Assembly: GCA_018670095.1 (NCBI GenBank)
Contig: JABHRR010000040.1
Span: 7,331-71,330, forward strand
Origin: Candidatus Woesearchaeota archaeon
Lineage (GTDB): Archaea > Nanobdellota > Nanobdellia > Woesearchaeales > GW2011-AR9
Direction: 5' to 3'
Length of the DNA stretch: 64,000 nucleotides
Below the pieces are notes generated by a model. It did no database searches and was not told the DNA's origin. It worked only from the letters and a program-made list of their open reading frames with translations. This document shows positions 1 to 7,510 of the stretch, piece after piece (the first letter of the stretch is position 1; every line of letters starts with the position of its first letter). The position numbers were made by a program, and so were the translations under genes.

Positions 1-204
1 ACTTCTGACGCCTATAAAAAGATAAGGTGGAGTGCATCTGATTATTATATGGAAACTGAAATGATTATAAACACTGGTAAACACAAATTAAAATATATAG
101 AAATTCCTATTGAAACTATTTACGCAGATAAATATAAAGGAACAACAGTGCTTGATGGAGTTAAAATTGTTCTTAAAATGCTTACTTGGAGGTTATTAAG
201 ATGA
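1..204 (+). CDS. C-terminal fragment of a GT2 polyprenyl-phosphate sugar synthase-like glycosyltransferase (5' partial)
   Basis: Frame 1 is open from the window edge to TGA at 202-204. The translation ...GKHKLKYIEIPIETIYADKYKGTTVLDGVKIVLKML is typical of the C-terminus of GtrB/DPM1-like GT2 enzymes. Confidence 0.45.
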   Translation, partial: TSDAYKKIRWSASDYYMETEMIINTGKHKLKYIEIPIETIYADKYKGTTVLDGVKIVLKMLTWRLLR

Positions 205-548
205 ATACAACACTTTGGATACAATTATTAGGAATCATTTTTGGGTTAGGAATGATTTACTTTACTTTTGTTAAGTATAAGAGAAAAGAATTAAGGAAAC
301 AGGAATTTTTAATGTGGCAGTTATGTTGGTCAGTATTAATTCTAGTTGCAATTATTCCCTCAATTCTTGATCCAATCATTGCTCCGCTTAACTTTTATCG
401 CCGATTAGATTTCTTTGTAGTGTTTGGGTTTTTTGCTCTCTTGGCACTTGGATTTTATAACTATGGGATTACTAAAAACTTACAAAGAAAATTAGAAAAA
501 TTTGTCAGAAAAGATGCAATTAGAAAAGAGGAAGAAAAAAAAGAATGA
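201..548 (+). CDS. small integral membrane protein (DUF2304-like), often paired with GT2 enzymes
   Basis: ATG at 201 lies 7 nt after GGAGGT. Two or three hydrophobic helices and a K/E-rich tail. The ORF track starts at TTG 186. Confidence 0.5.
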   Translation: MNTTLWIQLLGIIFGLGMIYFTFVKYKRKELRKQEFLMWQLCWSVLILVAIIPSILDPIIAPLNFYRRLDFFVVFGFFALLALGFYNYGITKNLQRKLEKFVRKDAIRKEEEKKE

Positions 549-1696
549 AAATACTTTTTGTCTGTGAGAATTATATCCCTCATTATGGAGGAGCGGAAGT
601 TGTTTTTAAGAATCTCGCAGAAAGTTATGTTAAGTTGGGTCATGAAGTAATTCTGTTAACACAAAAACTAAAAGGAACAAAAAGAAAAGAGATCATTGAT
701 GGAGTAAAAGTTTATCGGGTAAATTCGTTCGGTTCTCGTTATCTGTTTACATTCATTTCATTATTCAAAGCGATTAAGTTTGCTAAAAAAAGTGATGTTA
801 TTCAAACAACTTCTTTTAATGGTGCTCCTCCAGCTTGGTTAGCAGGAAAGATTGCTGGAAAGCCAGTAGTAATAACGGTACACGAAATTTGGATTGGAAA
901 ATGGAATCAAGTTACTAGTTTTCCAAAATGGAAATGTTGGATTCATGAATTACTAGAAAAAGCGATTTATTCCATTAATTATGATAAATATGTTTGTGTT
1001 TCTAATGCCACCAAAAAGGATTTGTTACAAACAGGTATAAAGCCGGAAAAAGCAGTAACTATCCATAATGGTTTAGATTATGAGTTTTGGAACGAAAAAG
1101 ACATTGACAATAATAAAATTAAAAGTATTAAGAAAAATTTAGGTTTAGAAAATAATTTTGTATACTTCTCTTGGGGCAGACCAGGAGAATCGAAAGGTTT
1201 TGAATATGTAATTAAAGCCGTACCAGAAATTTCAAAAAAAATCCCTAATGCGATCCTTGTGCTAACATTTGGTTCCATTGACAAATATCAGAAAAAATAT
1301 AACCAACTAATGAAACTTATTAAAGAATTGAAGATTGAGGATAAAGTTAGATTAATTGATACTGTTCAGCACCAGGATTTACGTTATTACTTGAAAGCGT
1401 TTGATTGTGCAGTTATCCCTTCTATTGCAGAAGGGTTTGGATATAATGCTGTAGAAGCGATTACAATGGGCATTCCGGTAGTTGTGAGTGATGCAGGCTC
1501 ACTTCCAGAAGTAGTTTCTGGAAAACATTTGATGTTTGAAAGTAAGAATCATCTTGATTTGGCTGAAAAAGTGATTCTTGTTTCGCAAGGTAAGTACAAT
1601 AATGAAGAAGTAAGAGAATACAACTGGGAACCAAGTGTTGAAAAATATTTAGAAGTTTATGAGAAATTATGCTCTAAAATGAACCCAAAATCATAA
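545..1696 (+). CDS. glycosyltransferase family 4 (GT-B)
   Basis: E-X7-E motif EGFGYNAVEAITMGIPVV; length and layout of GT4 retaining enzymes. Confidence 0.75.
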   Translation: MKILFVCENYIPHYGGAEVVFKNLAESYVKLGHEVILLTQKLKGTKRKEIIDGVKVYRVNSFGSRYLFTFISLFKAIKFAKKSDVIQTTSFNGAPPAWLAGKIAGKPVVITVHEIWIGKWNQVTSFPKWKCWIHELLEKAIYSINYDKYVCVSNATKKDLLQTGIKPEKAVTIHNGLDYEFWNEKDIDNNKIKSIKKNLGLENNFVYFSWGRPGESKGFEYVIKAVPEISKKIPNAILVLTFGSIDKYQKKYNQLMKLIKELKIEDKVRLIDTVQHQDLRYYLKAFDCAVIPSIAEGFGYNAVEAITMGIPVVVSDAGSLPEVVSGKHLMFESKNHLDLAEKVILVSQGKYNNEEVREYNWEPSVEKYLEVYEKLCSKMNPKS

Positions 1697-1730
1697 ATGT
1701 TATAAAGTAATTTTACTGATTTTTCTTATC

Positions 1731-2984
1731 ATGAGAATCCTTTTTATATCTGAATATTTTACGCCAAAAATTATGGGTGGTGGAGAAATTAATTTATTTC
1801 TGATAGCTAAAGCACTTGTTAAAAATGGAGAAGATGTTTCCGTACTAACTTCTTATCATTCGGGATTAAAAAGAGTTGAGATTATTGAGGGGATCAAAAT
1901 TTATCGCAAGCTGAAGACTGCAGACAACCCAAGCGGGGTTAAAAATAATTGGATTAGGAGCAGATTGTTTCCAAAATCAATTGTTAAAGAAACTAAAAAA
2001 CTTAATAAAAAATTAAAATTTGATTTGATTCATTTTATTGGAACAAGCATCATTGCGGCAAAAGAATTGCGGAAGATTAAAAAATTACGAAGAGTTAATG
2101 TGCCTTTGTTTGCGACCATCGAAAGTTATCCTGCCCTTTGTCCAAAAGGGGACAGATTTTATCATGGAAAAAGAGAATGCAAATATGTTTGTTCGTTCTC
2201 TAAATTTTTATCTTGTCAAATGAATTCTTCTGAAATTGGAAAAACTAAGAATAGTTGGTATTTGAAGTATAATCTTTTGTTTTTGTATTATGTGTATAAT
2301 TATTATAAAAAATTAAATGAGGGATTAAAATATTGTAAGTTAATTGCCATTAGCGAATATGTGCAGAAAATATTATTACAGCAAGGAAGAGAAAGTGTTG
2401 TTATTCCGAATATGTTAGAAGTTAATAAATTTAATGTTAAGATTAATAAGAAAACAAACAAAAGTAAAAAAACAAGAATACTTTATTTGGGATCTTTAAC
2501 CAAATTTAAAGGCCCACAAGTATTATTGAAAGCAATCAAAGGATTGAATAATGTAAGATGTAATTTATATGGAGATGGTCCGTTAAAAGATGAATTACAA
2601 AGATATATCAATAAAAATAACCTTGATGCAGAGATTTATCAACCTGTTTCTTATGATCAAATTCCTGAAGTTTATGCCAATCATGATCTTGTTGTTTTTC
2701 CCTCCATTTGGCCAGAACCATTCGGCAGGATTGCGATTGAAGCAATGGCTGCTGGTAAACCGGTAATTGGTAGTGATGTGGGGGGGATTAGGGAGACTAT
2801 TGAGAAAGGAAAAGGAATACTTGTTAAGGTGGGAGATGTTAAAGAGATTCATAACGCAATTAAAGAGTTAATTATTAATTCAGAATTTAAAAAAGTAATA
2901 AAAGAGAAAAGAGAAATAGAAGAAAAAAAGTATGATGAAAAAGTGGTTATTAAAAAACTGATAACTAGTTACAAGAGATTATAA
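1731..2984 (+). CDS. glycosyltransferase family 4 (GT-B)
   Basis: EPFGRIAIEAMAAGKPVIGSDVGG motif; 417 aa. Confidence 0.75.
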   Translation: MRILFISEYFTPKIMGGGEINLFLIAKALVKNGEDVSVLTSYHSGLKRVEIIEGIKIYRKLKTADNPSGVKNNWIRSRLFPKSIVKETKKLNKKLKFDLIHFIGTSIIAAKELRKIKKLRRVNVPLFATIESYPALCPKGDRFYHGKRECKYVCSFSKFLSCQMNSSEIGKTKNSWYLKYNLLFLYYVYNYYKKLNEGLKYCKLIAISEYVQKILLQQGRESVVIPNMLEVNKFNVKINKKTNKSKKTRILYLGSLTKFKGPQVLLKAIKGLNNVRCNLYGDGPLKDELQRYINKNNLDAEIYQPVSYDQIPEVYANHDLVVFPSIWPEPFGRIAIEAMAAGKPVIGSDVGGIRETIEKGKGILVKVGDVKEIHNAIKELIINSEFKKVIKEKREIEEKKYDEKVVIKKLITSYKRL

Positions 2985-3057
2985 AAAAATAAAAAAAATT
3001 AAGAGTACTCAAGTAAAGGAAAGTTTATATAATCTTATTAAGAGACAAATCATTAAA

Positions 3058-3879
3058 ATGGCTTTAAGAAAATCAGACAAATTAAGAGAATCAATCCTTA
3101 CTCTTCCACCAATTAGTAAAACATATTATTTTTTAGCTTGGTTAATCAGCGATGCCTACATTCTCTCCTATCCTAGAAGTGGTAGAACTTGGTTAAAAGT
3201 AATGCTAAATAAAATGTTATCATTAAAATATAATTTAAAAAAAGACAATATTTATTTATATCGAAAAACATTATTCTCAAAAGCCCCAAATATTGTTAGT
3301 GAACATCCATTCGAGCCAGACTATCCTACTATATATCCATATCCAAAAATGAAAGTGGGAAAAAAGTTTAAAAAGAAAAAAATAATCCTCCTTTTTAGAG
3401 ATCCAAGAGATCTCGTGGTGTCTAATTATCATGAATATACAAAAAGGAAAAAAATCTGGCAAGGAGAATTATCACAATTCATTAAAGAACCGTATACATT
3501 ACCTAGAATTATTAAATTTATGAATTTATGGCATGAAGAAACTAAAAAGAGAAAAGATATCCTAATATTAAAGTACGAGCGAACCAAGGAAGATCCTTTT
3601 GGAGAACTAAAGAAAGTTTCAGAATTCTTAGGGATTAACGCCAGTGACGAAATTTTAAAAGAAGCAGTAGAGTATGGATCAATTGAAAACATGAGAAAAT
3701 TAGAGGTAAAAGACCATTTTAAACACGACAAGTTAAGACCCGCTAACCTTGATGATATTAATAGTTATAAAGTAAGAAAAGCTAAAGCAGGAAGCTATAA
3801 AGAAGAATTAAATGAAGAGGATATTGCTTACATGAATCAACAAATTAGTGAAAGGCTGGTAAAAGAAATAGGATATTAA
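3058..3879 (+). CDS. PAPS-dependent sulfotransferase
   Basis: 5'-PSB motif YPRSGRTWLKV and 3'-PB motif RDPRDLVVS, spaced as in the sulfotransferase family. Confidence 0.7.
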   Translation: MALRKSDKLRESILTLPPISKTYYFLAWLISDAYILSYPRSGRTWLKVMLNKMLSLKYNLKKDNIYLYRKTLFSKAPNIVSEHPFEPDYPTIYPYPKMKVGKKFKKKKIILLFRDPRDLVVSNYHEYTKRKKIWQGELSQFIKEPYTLPRIIKFMNLWHEETKKRKDILILKYERTKEDPFGELKKVSEFLGINASDEILKEAVEYGSIENMRKLEVKDHFKHDKLRPANLDDINSYKVRKAKAGSYKEELNEEDIAYMNQQISERLVKEIGY

Positions 3880-4584
3880 TCAGTTGTATGGAAAGAGTTC
3901 TTCTGCTTTCTTTAAGTCTTCAGGAAAGTCTATATCAACAAATGAAGCACCCTCTATATCACGAGCAGTTATCGTTTCTCCATTTTTAATAAGACTGTCA
4001 ATCACTTCTATTAAAGAGGCATTAAGATTAGTCTTTGCGGTTTGATTAAGTTCAGTAATTAGTTTATCCGCCCCAATACTAGAGAATTTTGCAATGCCAA
4101 TAAATTCTCCGTTTTCTTCAACCGTTCTTACTTTGCTGATATTTGTTATTATTCCATCTTTTACCACAACTTTCTCAGCTTCTTCTCTGACTACAATTCT
4201 TTTCTTTTTAATAGATAAACAAATATCCCATTCACTTTCCAATAAATATGTAATTATTTTTGGATCAAACAAAACATCAGAATAAAGGAATATAAAACTT
4301 TCTTTTAACTCTTTTTGGACGAGCCACAAAGCCAGAGCCATCCCTGAAACTTCATAAAAAGGATTAAATAAAGTTTTGATCCCCAGTTCTTCTTTACATT
4401 TTTCTATTTCTTTTGATAAATGGCCAGTGATTACAATAATATCTTCAATGCCCAATTTCTTTAGGTTCTCAACTTGTCTCTCCAAAATTGTTTTGGATCC
4501 TACTTTTAATAAACATTGAGGGGTGTATTTAGTTAGAGGCAATAGTCTTGTTGCTTTTCTTGTTGCTAAAATAATGACTTTCAT
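3880..4584 (-). CDS. LicC/IspD-like nucleotidyltransferase (CDP-alcohol or CMP-phosphonate forming)
   Basis: N-terminal ILATRKATRLLPLTKYTPQCLLKV matches the GxGTRLxPLT loop. The C-terminal FVDIDFPEDLKKAEELF is typical of the LicC/MobA-like NTP_transf_3 family. Co-oriented directly downstream of phnDCE. Confidence 0.6.
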   Translation of the reverse strand: MKVIILATRKATRLLPLTKYTPQCLLKVGSKTILERQVENLKKLGIEDIIVITGHLSKEIEKCKEELGIKTLFNPFYEVSGMALALWLVQKELKESFIFLYSDVLFDPKIITYLLESEWDICLSIKKKRIVVREEAEKVVVKDGIITNISKVRTVEENGEFIGIAKFSSIGADKLITELNQTAKTNLNASLIEVIDSLIKNGETITARDIEGASFVDIDFPEDLKKAEELFPYN

Positions 4585-4676
4585 TTGTTTTGTCCCTAAG
4601 AGTACATATTATATATTTTGTATACTTATTAATTTCTTATATTTCTTAAATCTTTAGGAGTATATTTGCAATTTTA

Positions 4677-5528
4677 TTACAGATCTACTTTTACTATTCT
4701 TTTTCTAATATAAGCGCTGAATCTATCTATGGTCGTAACCATAACAATCATAATAATCAAAATAGTTAAAACTTCTTGATTTTTAAAAAGCCTCATACTT
4801 GTTAATAATTCCATCCCAATACCCCCCGCCCCAACTAAACCTAAAACTGTTGCGGCCCTAAAATTATTTTCAAGGTAGTAAAGTGTATAATTAACAAATA
4901 AAGGTTTAACTTGAGGAAAAATCCCCCTAACAATAACCTGAATTTTGTTTGCCCCTGTTGAAACAACCGCTTTAATCACTTCTTGATCAACAGTTTCTAT
5001 TGCCTCAGAAAAATATCTTCCTAAAGCACCAGTAACATGGGCAGATAACGCTAAAACTCCTGGAAAAGGTCCTAAGCCCACCATAGAAACGAAGATAAGA
5101 CCCCAGATTATTTCGTTTATCCCTCTAAGGCCATCAAATATTGTTCTAACAAAATGGTAAACTAATTTATTGGGCATAATGTTTCTTGCAGCCAGAAAAG
5201 ATAACGGTAAAGCGATCATCGCCCCAATAGTAGACCCAACTATGGCCATTTGTAAAGTTTCAACAGCTTTTTTTAAAAATAAGCTCAAATGGGTTATATC
5301 GGGAGGGAACATTCTTTTAACAAAATCTATCATGAAAGGAATACCTTTAACAAAACCAGTAGGGCTAGTCTGAGTGCCAGCCAGAGCCCAATAATAGATA
5401 ATGGCAACTAATAAACCGATTATTAATCCTTTATATTTCCAAGGAAGTTTAGAGGAAAGTTCAGAGGAAAGTCTGGGCGGAAGTTTAGAGGAAAGTTCAG
5501 ATGAAGATTTAGATTTTGGTATTGTCAT
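4677..5528 (-). CDS. phnE: phosphonate-type ABC transporter permease
   Basis: EAA-like loop EAIETVDQEVIKAVVSTGANKIQVIVRGIFPQV, about 6 TM helices, located next to phnC and phnD. The N-terminal tail holds a tandem peptide repeat. Confidence 0.75.
   Translation of the reverse strand: MTIPKSKSSSELSSKLPPRLSSELSSKLPWKYKGLIIGLLVAIIYYWALAGTQTSPTGFVKGIPFMIDFVKRMFPPDITHLSLFLKKAVETLQMAIVGSTIGAMIALPLSFLAARNIMPNKLVYHFVRTIFDGLRGINEIIWGLIFVSMVGLGPFPGVLALSAHVTGALGRYFSEAIETVDQEVIKAVVSTGANKIQVIVRGIFPQVKPLFVNYTLYYLENNFRAATVLGLVGAGGIGMELLTSMRLFKNQEVLTILIIMIVMVTTIDRFSAYIRKRIVKVDL
5459..5517. repeat. 23-nt perfect direct repeat (ggaagtttagaggaaagttcaga) present twice with a 13-nt spacer, inside the 5' end of phnE
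   Basis: Read directly from the sequence. It encodes the duplicated peptide LSSELSSKLP in the PhnE N-terminal tail. Confidence 0.8.
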
Positions 5529-5530
5529 CT

Positions 5531-6304
5531 TTAAAAACCCGTTTTACCATAAAGGTACCATTCTTTTGTTTTACCATATATTTCTACAATATCTTTTTCG
5601 GTAAGGTCTTCAGATTTTCCGTCAAAGACAATTTTTCCGTTTCTCATTCCAATAATTCTAGCACCATATCTCTTAGCAAAATCAAGAAAATGTAAGCTAG
5701 CAATAAAAGTAATTCCACTTTCAGTACAAATGGTTTGCAACAAATCCATAATTTCTTTCATCAACTTGGGGTCTAAATTAGAAACGGGTTCGTCAGCAAG
5801 AATAATATCTGGTTTTTGGCATAAAGTCCGGGCGATAGCAACTCTTTGTTTTTGCCCCCCACTAAGATTCAGAACTGTTTCATTCTCATAACCTTGTAAT
5901 CCAACTTTTTCAAGGTTTTCTTGTGCCAAAGTATAATCTTCTTTAGAAAATTTTCCAAGTATTGTTTTAAAAGAACTATTAAAACGTAATCTACCATTTA
6001 AAACATTTTTCAAAACGGTCTCATTTTCAGTGAGATTAAAGTTCTGAAAAATCATCCCAATCTTCCCTCTTATTTTTCCTGCCTTTTTTATCGGACCATT
6101 TAAAATATTATCATTTCCAATAAATATATCTCCAGAGCTGGGTTCTATTAAACGATTAATACACTTTAATAATGTTGATTTTCCTGAACCACTAGATCCA
6201 ATAATGACTGCACTTTCATTTTTCTTAAAATGAAGACTAATATCTTTTAGAGCATCTTCGTTTCTATTATTATACCTGTGAACAAGTTTTTCTATTCTAA
6301 TCAT
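5531..6304 (-). CDS. phnC: phosphonate-type ABC transporter ATP-binding protein
   Basis: Walker A GSSGSGKST, Q-loop IGMIFQ, signature LSGGQKQRVAIAR, Walker B IILADEP. Confidence 0.85.
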   Translation of the reverse strand: MIRIEKLVHRYNNRNEDALKDISLHFKKNESAVIIGSSGSGKSTLLKCINRLIEPSSGDIFIGNDNILNGPIKKAGKIRGKIGMIFQNFNLTENETVLKNVLNGRLRFNSSFKTILGKFSKEDYTLAQENLEKVGLQGYENETVLNLSGGQKQRVAIARTLCQKPDIILADEPVSNLDPKLMKEIMDLLQTICTESGITFIASLHFLDFAKRYGARIIGMRNGKIVFDGKSEDLTEKDIVEIYGKTKEWYLYGKTGF

Positions 6305-6365
6305 TTTAATATTCTCAATATTTAAATTAATGGAAAAAATGGATAATAAAAAATAATAAAAAATC

Positions 6366-7280
6366 TTATTTATTAGCTGCCTCTGGATTAGTAACGTCCA
6401 TTCCTAAAATTTTAGCTGTTTCTCTAATTACGTCATAGTCACTGTCATATACTCTTTTATAACGAGAAATCCCGCCCCAGCCATCAACTTTATGGATGGT
6501 TTGTTGATCCATTTTAACTAACGCCAACTGGATTTTTAATTTAATGAGTTTAGGAAGATCTCCTCTAACAGCAATTGGCGAACCGGGAATAGGATCAGAG
6601 GTATAGATAATCTTGTTTACTTGTGGGTCTATTTCTCCTTCTTTTACCATCCTCTTGTATACATTATCACCAGTTGCTCCTGCATCTACTTTGCCATTTG
6701 CAACAGCATACATAACCGCATTATGAGTCCCAGCATAATAACTCGTACTAAAATCGCTATCTGGATCAATTCCGTTCTCAATTAATATTTTTCGAGGAAT
6801 AAGATTTCCAGAGGTAGAAGCAGGATCTACAAAAGCAAAGGATTTCCCTTTTAAATCTGCCAAAGTATTAATTCCGCTATCGACGTTAGTGACAATTACA
6901 GATTTATAAGTTGAACTTCCAGTTTCATCTTTTACGCCATTAACAATTGCTTCTGCCCCAGCAACATTTGCTGCGATAACATATGAAAACGGACCAAACC
7001 AAGCCATATCAATATGTTTATATCGCATTGCTTCAATAGCAGCAGTATAATCAGAAGTCACTTGAATCTCAACAGGAATCCCTAATTCTTTGGATAAGTA
7101 TTCTTTAATGGGTTCATAATTTCTAAGCATTTCATCAGCATCATCAGCAGGAATTAAACCCATTTTCAAAACTTTAATATCGGAAATTGCTCCTCCAGTT
7201 GGGCTTTGAACACCATTACAACCAGCCAGAAATATAACTAAACACAACAACAAACTTAATATTATTTTTTTCATTTTCAT
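6366..7280 (-). CDS. phnD: phosphonate/phosphite-type ABC substrate-binding lipoprotein
   Basis: Signal peptide with lipobox LAGC. The PhnD-like periplasmic binding fold comes first in the phnD-C-E gene order. Confidence 0.7.
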   Translation of the reverse strand: MKMKKIILSLLLCLVIFLAGCNGVQSPTGGAISDIKVLKMGLIPADDADEMLRNYEPIKEYLSKELGIPVEIQVTSDYTAAIEAMRYKHIDMAWFGPFSYVIAANVAGAEAIVNGVKDETGSSTYKSVIVTNVDSGINTLADLKGKSFAFVDPASTSGNLIPRKILIENGIDPDSDFSTSYYAGTHNAVMYAVANGKVDAGATGDNVYKRMVKEGEIDPQVNKIIYTSDPIPGSPIAVRGDLPKLIKLKIQLALVKMDQQTIHKVDGWGGISRYKRVYDSDYDVIRETAKILGMDVTNPEAANK

Positions 7281-7331
7281 TTCACCTTTTTATTTTATTA
7301 AAGTTTACTTTATCCATTATAAACTATTCAC

Positions 7332-7351
7332 AAATCATTTATGAATGATTT
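7332..7351. promoter_or_regulatory. inverted repeat AAATCATT-tatg-AATGATTT in the divergent promoter region between phnD and the PAPS synthase gene
   Basis: 8-bp perfect palindromic arms with a 4-nt spacer, read directly from the sequence. A candidate operator. Confidence 0.35.
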
Positions 7352-7510
7352 ACACAGTCTACTAGTTTTCGCCTTTCGGTTTATAAATTTAATGAATATA
7401 TGACCTAGATTAATAAAGAAAATAATCCATTTAATAATCATTGAAACTTCATAAATCTTTTAAAGGGACACCAATATTAAAACTTACAAAAAAAGAAAGA
7501 TTAAAGATAA

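Noticed and set aside
461-643. Small antisense ORFs listed in the six-frame track inside or opposite larger genes. Examples: 461..643-, 1078..1284-, 2038..2223+, 2595..2852-, 3277..3731-, 4094..4285+, 5170..5373+, 7972..8166-, 9066..9499-, 9405..9644+, 12907..13089-, 14489..15111-, 16418..16621-, 18465..18761+, 24532..24780-, 29651..29839+, 30287..30754-, 31599..31893-, 32360..32548-, 32816..32998+, 33309..33500+, 39688..39885+, 40669..40884+, 42090..42278-, 45759..45971+, 46596..46781+, 48582..48848+, 50568..50765-, 52633..52854+, 54471..54785-, 58366..58833-, 60761..60976+, 62057..62299-, 62997..63278-.
   Set aside because: Each lies wholly within, or antisense to, a longer ORF that has clear family motifs. 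Their translations are low-complexity and hydrophobic or Cys/Phe/Leu-rich, as expected from reading AT-rich coding DNA out of frame. None has an RBS or a recognisable motif.
5401-5604. ORF encoding an acidic repeat peptide (SLEESSEESLGGSLEESSDEDLDFG).
   Set aside because: It is the antisense reading of the 23-nt tandem repeat at the 5' end of phnE. The overlap with the well-supported permease gene and the absence of a start context make it a shadow ORF.
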